Below are positions 51,940 through 64,000 of a stretch of DNA of 64,000 nt, piece after piece. The stretch lies in contig NW_026782060.1 in assembly GCF_031769215.1 (NCBI RefSeq), positions 248,001 to 312,000 of the forward strand, in the 5' to 3' direction. Below the pieces are notes generated by a model. It saw nothing but the letters and a program-made list of their open reading frames with translations, ran no database searches and was not told the DNA's origin. Every line of letters starts with the position of its first letter. Position 1 is the first letter of the stretch. The position numbers and the translations under genes are program-made. The stretch is from Ylistrum balloti (lineage: Eukaryota).

Positions 51940-52615
51940 ATTGCTGTCCAGGCATCATCAGGACAACTCTGTACTTTTATCCTCAAGAGATCTCTGTATT
52001 GACATCTTCAGAAGTACTGACATTTGCAAGAGAACTCTGTACGGATGTCTTCAGAAAATCCCTGTCGTCATCCTGAAGACATCCCTCTACAGACATCCTG
52101 AGCTGATCTCTCCTCTGTCGTCCTCAAGAAATCACTGTATTGACTAAGGACATTCCTGTAGTGACATCTGAAGAATACACTTGCATTGTCATCCTCAGGA
52201 GATCCTCATACTGTTATTTTCATGAAATCGCTGTACTGTCCTTAGGAGATCCTGTACCAACGTCCTTAAGAGATCATGTACTGACGTCCTTAAGAGATCC
52301 TGTACTGACATCCTTAAGAGATCCTGTCCTGATGTCCTTAAGAGATCCTGTACTGACGTCCTTAAGAGATCCTGTACTGCCGTCCTTAAGAGATCCTTTA
52401 CTGACGTCCCTAAGAGATCCTGTACTGACGTCCTTAAGAGATCCTGTACTGATGTCCTTAAGAGATCCTGTACTGACATCCTTAAGAGATCCTGTACTGA
52501 CGTCCTTAAGAGATCCTTTACTGACGGCCTTAAGAGATCCTGTCCTAATGTCCTTAAGAGATCCTGTACTGATGTCCTTAATAGATCCTTTACTGATGTC
52601 CTTGGCTGATCCCTT
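51940..52615. repeat. 24-bp minisatellite (GTACTGACGTCCTTAAGAGATCCT), about 15 homogeneous units at 52240-52615 plus older degenerate units, just 3' of the TMEM199 stop
   Basis: Visible tandem units. It explains ORFs 52140-52736 and 52195-52479. Confidence 0.92.
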
Positions 52616-52648
52616 TAAATGTGTTCTTTTGTTGATGATAAGGTGCTG

Positions 52649-55600
52649 TCAGTATTTGGAATGTTCCTTCACAAGGAAATACAAGTCAGCAAAAAAAACT
52701 ATTGTACCAAAGATAAGTCCTATAACCATTTGCTGAAATAAAAAATATATAACAGTACAGTGTATATGGTAATTTGCATTATACAGTGATTAAAAGTTCA
52801 GAGATTGCTTGACAAAAGTTTAGTCATAGACCTTTAGGCAGCTAGTTTATTGTCAAATGTAGAAATAGGTATCGAGGATATTTTTCCAATCCTTTTAACT
52901 TTTTATGCTTATTTTGGAATTAGTAACAGAATTTCTGTTTTTGAAAATATTTCAATAAATTAAACACATAGAAACCCAAAGTCTGAGAAGTTGTACAAGA
53001 ACAGGGTTTTAAAACTTTCTGAAGAAAAACATACCACCATCATGGCATGTTTTGATCCACCAAGGGCTATTTCTGTGGCTTTGTATCCAAATGCAAATGC
53101 TCCTCCTACAGTCACGACAAAGTTGACCACGGACCACATCTGGGAGTTCATAGCTTTTACTAGAAGGTTAACAAAAATGCACAAATTCAATTGACTATGA
53201 AATTCAAAAACAAAAGAATCAAGAATAACAACTTCATTTTTCAAATCGTTTACCATAAATAAAATTTTATCAGATTAATTGAAAGGAATTTGATGGATGA
53301 CCATTCAAAATTTTAAAGAAATTTTAATAAAAACCAACTTCCACTCAGGATTAAATTATGTTGTGTTTACAACTCATCCATTTGTGGATTACAAATACTA
53401 TGATTTATATCATGGCAATCGTCCTTTGTCAAAATATAAGTATTGAACAATAACATCTAGTGTCATATTACAGGGAGGAGTATATGTGCTTCCCTTCTTT
53501 TTTTTTAAAGAAACAGAAATTCAAAAATCGTAAGCATTTGTACATTTACATTGTGTAAAGTTCCCTGATTCATGTCAGAAAGACTGTCTCGAGCTTTTAG
53601 GATTTGTAAATGTTATAAATCAGATAAAGTATGCAATATTTAATTTACCATATTCATATGAAGGTTCATTAAAATCCTTTAGCCTAATTAGATTTCAGTT
53701 CAGACAAGATATTAAAGATGACTGTCATTACAAATGTTTGTTTATTTTTACAGTTTGTTTTTAAGTTTCTTTTTTTTAATATTTGCTATATCTTTTTAAA
53801 ACATTAATTAATTAGGTACAACAACGATTTACATATACATGGTAACAAACTTATTCTCACTTCTATTTACTACATAGTTACACAGATGCACCAATTTTTA
53901 CTTATAGTACTATGAAAACAGTATGACATTCACATACAGGACCATTACACTACACTGTATATCACATAGAGGACATACATATAACAGTACAACATAATAA
54001 GTTAGAGGAAAGGAGAACAGACAAATAACTATAAAGAGGAAGTGCTTTGTCAGTTAGGATTGGAAATTTCTATTTTCAAGATTTCAAAAATAATTTGTTG
54101 GCTTTTCTTCCTCATCAACTGATTTTACCCTTGATCTAATAAAACTTCCCTTAAGTTTGTGTTGTCTAATCTTTTCTTATTCCTGCTTTTTTCATCTAAT
54201 ATTTCAATATTTCAAAGTCTACATTTACCTGTACTTCTAATAACTATATTTTTCTCCCCAACAAATTTCTTTCTTAACTTGCTCTTTTTTTCTGGAAGAA
54301 GAATGTGAATTCCCCCCCCCCCCTAATTCCCATTAGTAATGTTTTCAAATAAAGTTGACTATTTATTGTAAACTGTACATAACCATCTAAAGTATTATCA
54401 GTATTATCTAAGTTATATATGGGGAGAGTATATTGGTTTTTGATGTCTAAGGTAAGCTTTTTAATTACTGTAAGATACTCTAAATCATGTAATGATGCGT
54501 TCTTAAACTTCCATAAAACTTTCCCTTTTTAAAACCATTAAATTTTAAAGTACTAGGCAACAAATTGTCTGACACCAAAAAGCAACATCTAATCATGCTT
54601 GTTTTCTAACTACATGTAACATGTACGTCAGCCTCCCCGTACACTACACATTGTCTACCTGCCCCACAAGTGACACTCATCCATCACAAAATGGGCACAC
54701 AATGTACATGTACCCATGAAAAAATGGAAATAATTTCTTGTAATAAAACTTAAGTTATCTCCCTTAGCTGCAGGCATTTTCAATCTATGCTGCAAACCAT
54801 TAAGTCTATTCTGTCGTGAGCTCTACACATTTTCTAGATAATGTAATTAACCAGTATAATTTTAACATAAAACCAGTATCATAATTATGAAGTGATGTTT
54901 TACATTGCACCTTTTTGGCATTTCTTTCTTTTAAAGATCTTACCTTCAGAACCAATGTTCATTTTATCCATGTCATCTTTTTGCTGGAAAAATAAAGGGG
55001 TCAAACAAATGAATCCTAACTTTTTAAAGGTTACGTTGTGTACGAAATGTTTAATATGAATACTTCAAACCAGATTTATGTTGTGTGTGACATATTTAAT
55101 ATGAATACTTCAAACCAAATTTATGTTGTGTACGAAATGTTTAATATGAATACTTCAAACCAGATTTATGTTGTGTATGAAACGGTTAAGATGACTGAGT
55201 ATTCTGTGTATGGTATGTTCAGAATGAGTGTACAGTAAAGTGTGTTATAGACTACCAAATATTGTCATGTGTGTGCTTTCAAACAACTGAATAAAATATA
55301 AGTTTCAAAAGAGACAAGAAAGATCTAATCTTGAGATTTAATTCAATGTAACCTGTAAATGCTAATATTTTGAAAATGAAAAATGGTATGTCAGTATTCT
55401 TTATTTTCAGTGTTAAGTGAACAAAATCATGCCATAAAGAAAATTTCAAACATAACCATCACTTTAATGTATCATATTTCCTGTTCTTCTGTTTTATGAT
55501 ACTTACAGATTTGTCTACATTTCTTGTCATTTCCTTGTATCTCTTGTTTTCTTGTTCTGCTTTTAATCTCTGTATTCTCGCTTCAAGCTCTGGATTCTGT

Positions 55601-57705
55601 AAAACATCAGACTAAGTACAGATATCTACAAGTACATGTATATATAAGTAAAAGAATAGTCAGAAAACAATGGTCACCAATGTAATTCAGCTTCGTCCAA
55701 TGTTTAAAACCAAGCCATCAAGCAGCAATTACTCATATAAAATAGACACTGATGACACTACATGTTTGAGTGGATACTGATGACACTACATGTTTGAAAA
55801 GACACTGATGACACTTCATGTTTGAAAAGACACTGATGACACTACATGTTTGAGTGGATACTGATGACACTACATGTTTGAAAAGACACTGATGACACTA
55901 CATGTTTGAAAAGACACTGATGACACTACATGTTTGAGTGGATACTGATGACACTACATGTTTGAAAAGACATTGATGACACTACATGTTTGAAAAGACA
56001 CTGATGACACTACATGTTTGAAAAGACACTGATGACACTACATGTTTGAAAAGACACTGATGACACTACATGTTTGAAAGGACACTGATGACACTACATG
56101 TTTGAAAAGACACTGATGACACTACATGTTGAGTGGATACTGATGACACTACATGTTTGGGTGGACACTGATGACACTACATGTTTGGGTGAATACTGAT
56201 GACAATACATGTTTGAGTGGATACTAAAGACACTACATGTTGAGTGGATACTGATGACACTACATGTTTGAAAAGACACTGATGACACTACATGTTTGAA
56301 AAGACACTGATGACACTACATGTTTGAGTGGACACTGATGACACTACATGTTTGAAAAGACACTGATGACACTACATGTTTGAGTGGATACTGATGACAC
56401 TACATGTTTGAGTGGATACTGATGACACTACATGTTTGAGTAGATACTGATGACACTACATGTTTGAGTGGATACTGATGACATAACATGTTTGAGTGGA
56501 TACTGATGACACTAAGTATACTTGTAACCATACCCATATTAAAGGTCACATATCTAAAGAAATATTGGTTGGATAACAATGGCTAATTTACTTCACTGAG
56601 GTGCCATGGTAACCATCATTTTGTAAAACTTCAACATCACATAAGAATTAAGCTGTAAATGATCATTAAGACATGAAGTGAATACTGTCTAGTCAAATGT
56701 ATCAAGGCCAACAACCTACAAATAACTGTATAAAGACATTAATGACCAGAATTGTTGGATGTTTGATGGCCAGCAGGCAGGAAGCTAGTATATAACAAGC
56801 TATCTATCAAGTATGAAATTCAATTTATCAATAATCATGATATTTCAGCTATCAAATCTGTTTGTTTGGAAACATAATACTCTCCTTGAAGGGTGCTTAG
56901 AAACTGAAGTATGTTAAATGGTTTGAGGTCAAGTCTCTACTTTTTGTAGAGAAATTCACAACACATGTACTTACACGAGGTGGAAGTTTGACACAGGGAA
57001 GACATATGTCACTGTCTTGTAAAATTTCATGAAGATAGCGTTGTTTGTGACCTGAAAATATATTTCATTTGTTGTTAAATAATTAAATGTATGTAAAATA
57101 CTAATGTCTTGTTATGGGAAAACACATCATATTGCAGTAAGAATTTTGGTTGTTTATATAACTCAGAACGGAATTACATTGAATATTATAAGATTACTTT
57201 GTGGAAGATTTTTTTATATTGAAGTACAAAGCACAAGCTATATATATATAAGTTATATATTTAAATTGCTAGACTGGAAACCATTCTTTTTTACAGGTAT
57301 TCCCGAATATTTCATGTTATATGGCAAAGTTTCAATGAGTTGTTTCCCTTCGACTGTCACGTTTTTAACCCACGTTACAAAACGTTTGACCGTGTTATAA
57401 TAGTGGTATCATAATGATCGATACGAGGTTTACCATATTTGATATTTATCTTGTATAATGGATTGCACATTAGTAAGAACCAAATATATCATAGCATCAT
57501 GTGATAATGATAATAATGTGATGAAACAAGCACCTGCTATTTTGTTTCTGTTGTGTATGTCTCTAATCACTCTAAACGGAATACTATGTCGGTTTTTAAA
57601 GTTGTTCACATGATCTTCGGCATCACTCTGAACTCCATCGTCATATTTTAGTGAATCTTTCAAGAATTGTAAAACAGAATCCGTGAACAACACTTCAGGC
57701 TCCAT
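52649..57705 (-). CDS. TMEM199: TMEM199/VMA12 V-ATPase assembly factor, about 195 aa. Exons 57534-57705, 56975-57051, 55507-55596, 54944-54983, 53035-53159, 52649-52732
   Basis: IPFRVIRDIH..YLHEILQDSDICLPCVKLPPRNPELEARIQRLKAEQENKRYKEMTRNV..SQMWSVVNFVVTVGGAFAFGY..IGLIFGTIVFFADLYFLVK. Two TM segments; 588 nt in frame. The exon 5 donor could alternatively be 3 nt earlier. Confidence 0.95.
55036..55180. repeat. 45-bp tandem repeat, 3 copies, in TMEM199 intron 3
   Basis: tgtgtacgaaatgtttaatatgaatacttcaaaccagatttatgt repeated three times. Confidence 0.9.
55744..56514. repeat. 28-bp minisatellite (GAYACTGATGACACTACATGTTTGARWR), about 27 units, two interspersed variants, in TMEM199 intron 2
   Basis: Units end in either ..TTTGAAAAGAC.. 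or ..TTTGAGTGGAT.. Confidence 0.95.
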
Positions 57706-57998
57706 TTCTAATGTTAGACAAACCGGAAATAATTATTAGCAACAGGAAGCTGTGTGGGAAGGTTTATTACAAAAGAACAAGAAGGGGAAGGTCAGAATTT
57801 ATTTCGAATGATTTTAGTATTCACAGGGATGTGTATTATGAATAATGATATTTTATCGGTATTTATAATCTTCACATTGAAAATATTCCGAAAAAATTCC
57901 TAAAGTTATCACATTTATAATAATTACTAAAACTGTTTAGTTGACTTCCATCTCTGTCTTTAATAGACTCATCCAAAACGGACCAGAAACAAAAAAAG
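57706..57998. promoter_or_regulatory. Bidirectional promoter shared by TMEM199 and SFSWAP
   Basis: Divergent ATGs are separated by 293 bp. ETS-like CCGGAA (57723) and CAGGAAG (57743). A YY1-like AAGATGGCTG overlaps the SFSWAP ATG. Confidence 0.7.
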
Positions 57999-60900
57999 AT
58001 GGCTGCGGCGCAGTGGTGGGCACAGGCGAATGAAGAGGAAAACCGCCAAAACAAAGAACAAGAAGAATTGTTTGTATTCGGATATGCATGTAAGCTGTTC
58101 CGGGATGACGAAAAGGCGGTTTTTGTGGACCAAGAGAAACATCTGATCCCATGGATGTCCGACGACAGACTTCTCATTGACAGGTCTGTTCTCCATACAA
58201 CTTGGGAGCCACAAAAAAAGGTTTCGATTTGAGTCGATTTCGCGTATTATACTAACATCTGCACTTAGTTTTCAGTATCACGGATTTACAGGGAGTATTG
58301 TGTTTTCTGGTATGCATCGGCAATGACCGTATATGTATGCCAGTGTTCAGATGAATGCCGATGACCCCCTCTCTGATGACCTTGCCCTTGCTTTGGAAAA
58401 AAGGAAAGATGACTGACTGGAGTTTAAGACTGATGGGGAATGATGAAAAGACGTCGCACTTCCACTGATAGTCAAACAACTTACTAAGACCTTTCATGTT
58501 CTGTCATGTTTATTGAGAATGTCAGCACTTTGGCATTCTCTGTGGTGCAAATGTTTTCAGGAATTTTATTTCAGATGTGTCCTCCTTGTATTGATGATGA
58601 GAGATGAAACAAGAATGTCATATCAAACGGTATGAACTGGTATTCCAGGTGACAGGTATCAGTATGGAATAAATCAAAACCAAAGAAATCCCATCAATTA
58701 TGGAAGACCATAAACTATTATTGGACAAGGTGTATACATAAAATATGTTTTTATGTCCTTTATTTTTGAAACACTTTATTTATTATTTTGATAAAATAGT
58801 ATACAAAATGATTTCAAATACTTAATGAAAATAACTTTGATTGCTGCAGTTTTTATATCGAATTTCAATAATTTTCTGCAGAATGTCATTTAAAGGTCTT
58901 TAATTATTTAAAAAAATGAGAACGTTTAACAGCATAGCTTGATAATTTAATGATGGAAAATTAAAATGAAAAAAAAACAAATCATAAGCATATAAATAAA
59001 CCAAATCAGAGGATAAATACCATGTTGCTATTAAAATACATCAATTCAGCACACAAACATCTACACAAAAATATTGGTGTAGTTTACCAAGTTTTCAAAC
59101 TTAAAAACAATTTGCATACTTTTGTAGTAACAAAGTAAGTAAATAAATTCTAATGAAGCATAATAAACATTACACACAATAATAATAATTGCCTTAAGTA
59201 TTGCATATACATTAAAGCCACTAATAAAGACATGAATGGATAACAATGTAAGCTGCAGCTGGTGGTCACAGTAAATTAGAAAGAAAAGTCAACAAAACAT
59301 CTTTTTGAATGATAAATGTAAAAAAAAAAAGGACTTTCATGTATCTGAAAATAGTGTAGACAGTGTTGAGACAAAGCTCTTGGAAGTGTTTCAAAGATGA
59401 GTGTGTTTTCAATATTGCAGCAGAATTTTGTTGCTGAGTACTGTAGGGTGTGCACACACACATATAGTGTCTGTTCATGTCTACATGTATCATGTATTTC
59501 TAAGTTTGAATAATGATTTCATGCAACAAGTTTTTGCACAGCTGTTTTTTACTTAAAAACTTACAAGCATGATATTTCATTACCAGTTGGTCTTATTTTG
59601 ATGAATTACATGTATTCATGAAAAACAATTTACAACACTTTTAGATTTAATAAGATGTTTTGCAAGCTACATATATTGGAAATAAACAAACATTTTATGG
59701 ATGTTGTTTACCGGATTCCATTTGTTTTGAAATTTCAAAACAATTGCTGAAGGTTCAGTTTAAAAAAAGACATATTAAAAGAATATATCGATTTATCAAA
59801 TCAAAACTTAAAGTGACTTCCGTGACATTCTTGGCAAGATTACCACATGTTTGTCGCTGTGTATTGTTAGTATGATTTGATTTTCAATAGTGAAGTGATT
59901 GTCTTGCTATGTGCAGTTTTTTTCCATTGAGGTCATGCATATGTTGTGTGATATTTCTGCATTTCTCCCTTTCCTGTGATTAATCTGGTTTTGTACATCA
60001 GAAATATTCACATATTTTAGTTATTTCATGGTGTTGTAGAGAAATTCAAAGATGACAAGTAAATATGTGGTAACTTTGAGAAATTTAAAATGACATTAAT
60101 AGTCCAGTATGGTAGATTTTCTACTATCAATTAAATGAATTTTATATTTTGAATTCATATCAGAATAAATTAACTACATTTAGGCCTTACATGATAGGTT
60201 ACCACATTTTTTCTCACTTCTTCAATAAAAACCAAATGAAAAATTACATAAATTTATTTGCGTTTTAAAGTGCAGCTAGGAATTAATGTGGGTTATTGTC
60301 AAAAAAAACCCAGCTGTTCATTGCATGTTTTTGAAGTGAAACAAATGCAGATGAATACTTTTGATGTGCAGTTTTATCTTATAATAATCACACATGTCCC
60401 TATCTAGTTTAAAACATTTCTGCTTCATGCATGTCGGTAGTCTTCTGTTATGCTTGCTCCAGTATTTCTGGGTTTCACACAAGCTTCCTGTGTAAAATGT
60501 GTATTTAGGTTTTTAATGATACAGTTGGAACCATGAGCATGTCCTTACTGCATTTTCATCTGCCGACAGGTATGACGGAAGGGGTCACTTGTTTGACCTT
60601 TCAGCATTTGATGCCAACAATGTTAAGGACACAGATCAAACTTTGACAGAAGATGAAGAACAAATGGAGAAGTTGTGTGATGAAGAGCGTTATCTGGAGC
60701 TGCGGACAGATATGGCAGAGAAAACCATGTATGAAGGTAAATGTCCCATACACTAGTGTGACAAACTGGTATATTTTAAAGTTAGAAATCTAAAAAAAAA
60801 AAAGCCTCTCCAGATCTTAAAAGTAATTTTATGGATGCAAAATTTTGTGTCTTGTATGGCCTAACAATGTCCTATAACTTGCAGAAAGTTGAAGGAACAA

Positions 60901-63900
60901 TCCATTGAAACATGGACACCAAACAAATGCATTAGCATGGAATAAGAAAGCCTTAACCTCTTTGTACTGTCTTCACATTTTTAACACTGGAATATATATT
61001 TTTTTTAAATCAATATTTTTTCATATTGCATCAAACAATAAATAACTTCATAGCACTGTTTCGTTTTCCCAAACATTGCAGAAAGGGACAATCTGATTGG
61101 TCAATAATAGGTGACTTTGCTGATTGTAAATGCTGATTTTAACAGGGTTTTATTATATCTGTGTAACAAAGTACAGGAAACTAATTAGAATGAGAGATCT
61201 GATATGATTGATTGAATTATACAATAGTTTTGACTGACAGGACAATAACACAAATAATTCTTTTTTTTAATTCATTGATTTATTGCACATTGCTGTGCTC
61301 CCACCTTGAAAGATCAATGTAATAAACTTATGTATAATGCCACTTTGTTGTTGTTTACAGAGGAGGAGTGGAAGCGTTATTATCTGTCTCTTTCTGAGGG
61401 CTATAATGCTGTCAGCTTCAGCTATGACTATGCTCAGCAGATGGCAGCTGAGCAGCAGCCAGAGGTTAAAATAGGTAAATATCAGTAAATGTATTACCCA
61501 GATGTTGATGTGTAGTTTCGGGGGGAGGGGGATTTTTGTGAAAGGTTCTAATGAGGAAAATGTACCTCCTTTACAAAATTCAACTCCTAGTGTATTTATC
61601 CTACAACAAGGCAGATGGAATAAGCTATTGTTGACATTTGTACAGAATCAATTTTTTAAATACACAGGGATATTTTTTAATGTGCACCTAGTGACATTTG
61701 GTCAGATAAATTCTGGCACTACAAGTAAAAAAAGTTAAAGATAATTTTCATTCCCCATCAGTGTATTGGGATATATAATGTTAACCTAATATCTTTCTCT
61801 CCCTTTGTCTCATTGAGTCTTGTTCCATTTCAGTGTCATATCAAGAAAACTTTTCCACTTATACTTCCATACAAGGAAGCAGGGGAATTCATGTGTTATA
61901 CACAGTTTCTAGTTTCAAAATATTTCAAACTAAAAATTTCTAAAGCAATGTTTTTGTGATTTGATTGAACAGAGGCAGTGGAGGATAAACCATTTGTTGT
62001 TGCCCCAGAGTTACATGTTCCACCTGAGGTCGTAGTGGTAAGTATGTCATTTAACTTTTAGATTTACAAGGTATCTCCGATTGAAAACCTCCATTTACTT
62101 TTCTTTACATAAATCTGTACAGTCTGTCTGATAGCATTTCCTGAAACTATTTTAAACTCCGGAATAGAAAAATATAGATATGTTTTTCTTCCTGATTTTG
62201 TAATAGAAATATGACAGTCTATCACTAGCCTTCCTGCTAGGGGGTGGTGGAGGGGAGGGGAGGGTGATGAGTCTATCACTAGCCTTCCTGCTCGGGGATG
62301 GGAGAGGGGAGGGGAGGGGAGGGTGATGTCAAGGGTTTGAGGTCTAAATTCAACAGTTGCCAGGTACTTGCTGCAGGTTGATATATTTTCTATGGGAACT
62401 TTCAATTATCTTCTACTAACCTGACATGGCATGTTTTTTTAAATGACCCTAGCTGGTAATAGGACATTAACCAACAATATCTAAATACAAAAAACATCAC
62501 AAATGGAAATTGAATGTTTTATTCATTGTATGTTTTTAGTTTAATTACATTATAAACTGTTTTCTATCTGGTCTAGGAGGAATTTATACATAAAAAACCC
62601 TTTCAACAACGGGGATGGGGGGGTTGGGGGTTGGGGGGGGTGGAGACACAACGTCCCGCAAACATTAAAATCAGGAAATCCCTTCCGGGAACAGCCGTGG
62701 ATCCAAAAGGATACCGAGTACCCACTATAAATAAATTGTGCAATGATTAAGGAATACAAAAACTACCTAGTAGCAGTGTCAAGGTTAATTTTGTTGACTA
62801 CTTTAAAAGCATAACATTTCTCTCATAAATCTATGTTTTATTCCACAGCCTGAGACAGAAAAACAGAATGCTATCATAGAGAAGACAGCTAAGTTCATAG
62901 CAGAGCACGGAGCTCAGATGGAAATCATCATCAAAACAAAGCAGTCCAATAATTCACAGTTTGAATTCATGCATTTTGAAAACGTACTGAACCCATATTA
63001 TAAACACATGGTGAAGATGATCAAGTCGGGAAAGTATCGGCCGAAAGCCGAGGAGATACAGGAAGACCATGATAGCAGTAAGTCATTTTCTTTATGTTCA
63101 GTCTTACTTGGTGAAATTTTAGTCTCGCCTCCTGAAAAGGATGTGTCTCACTTCTTGTAATATCTAAACCTTTTCACACAATTTTCACACCATGTCTTTA
63201 TGAAACCTTTGAAATCTTTTATGAATTGTGCATATATGTAGATTCTCTTTAAAAAATTTAAAAAATAAAGTTCAGGTCTGAAATTTCGATATTAATTAAA
63301 ACAGACATTTCGACTCTACTAATCAATGAAATGATATAGAGATATGCAGTATACATTAAGTGTTGTTCTGTAAACATATAGTTCCAATGATGAAGCTGTA
63401 AGTCCAGCTAGTAAGTATTGTTTCCACTGATGATATATGGGAATACATCTACCTGAGATATAGTCTCAATGTCCTTCATAATTGTCAATTTTTAATGATT
63501 GATACTTTTTCTCTTGTTAAAAAATTTGTCAGAAATATATGGTACACAAATAAGTACTAATACGGCATCACTCTGTCTTAAGAATTCCATAAATATTCCA
63601 TCACTTTGGACAATTTGTAGTACAGATTTACTACAATATATAATTGTATGGTCTTTATATTTTGTATCAATAATTATTTGGAAATTATTGTTTTCTTGTT
63701 CTTGCATATTTGTTTCAAAATAGTATGTTATTGTAAACAATCATTGTTGTGATAATTGATATAGATGAAAAGTTAAAATGACTTCTGCATGAAATGCAAG
63801 AATACAAACAATTGTGTATGAGTCTGCTTAACTTTGCAAGTGATAAAAAGATTGTTTTCATTCTTGGACTGTTGAGTGTAATAATTTGATGGTTGTGAAT

Positions 63901-64000
63901 TGATAGTAAGTAATCTTGTTGCATTATTAACAGTGATTAACTGCTGTGATGTATTACAGGCTATGAGGAAGAACACCCAGATGGTTACCTTCATCCCAGT
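57999..64000 (+). CDS. SFSWAP: Splicing factor suppressor of white-apricot homolog, 3'-partial. Exons 57999-58183, 60570-60736, 61361-61474, 61973-62037, 62849-63077, 63960->64000
   Basis: [57 protein letters not shown] (DRY_EERY domain); SURP domain [46 protein letters not shown]; DGYLHPS. Splice phases are consistent. Confidence 0.96.

Noticed and set aside
52140-52736. 198-aa + strand ORF (SLRDPVLT repeats)
   Set aside because: Minisatellite-derived and antisense to the last TMEM199 exon.
55744-56514. CTGATGA-N12-GAAA in the 28-bp repeat resembles a hammerhead core or C/D boxes
   Set aside because: No helix II can form (no G-C closing pair), the would-be cleavage triplet ends in G, and it is antisense to the host transcript.
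57872-58177. Minus-strand ORFs of 71-101 aa
   Set aside because: Antisense shadows of SFSWAP exon 1.
58435-58510. Possible C/D-box snoRNA (ATGATGA ... CTGA) in SFSWAP intron 1
   Set aside because: No terminal D box or closing stem and no recognisable rRNA guide.

Overview
AT-rich, intron-rich animal genomic DNA. It is most likely a bivalve mollusc, inferred from the multi-exon USP genes and Helentron/HINE-like repeats. Nine protein-coding genes were reconstructed by hand from splice sites and reading frame. On +: three tandem universal stress protein (USP) paralogs (A lacks exon 1 in this window; B and C are complete), GOSR1 (7 exons, last intron U12-type) and the 5' part of SFSWAP. On -: a BTB-BACK-Kelch gene with a single coding exon, a compact CENPV/GFA-family gene, an F-box/LRR-like gene with an in-frame TAG in exon 2, and TMEM199, which lies head-to-head with SFSWAP. 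Most long ORFs in the supplied track are by-products of minisatellites. Repeats include several VNTRs, HINE-like elements, a decayed LINE, a MITE with a 6-bp TSD, and two decayed minimal hammerhead-ribozyme motifs in or beside the USP genes. No prokaryotic features, CRISPR arrays, rRNA or tRNA genes were seen. No searches or folding programs were run; all calls are from manual reading.
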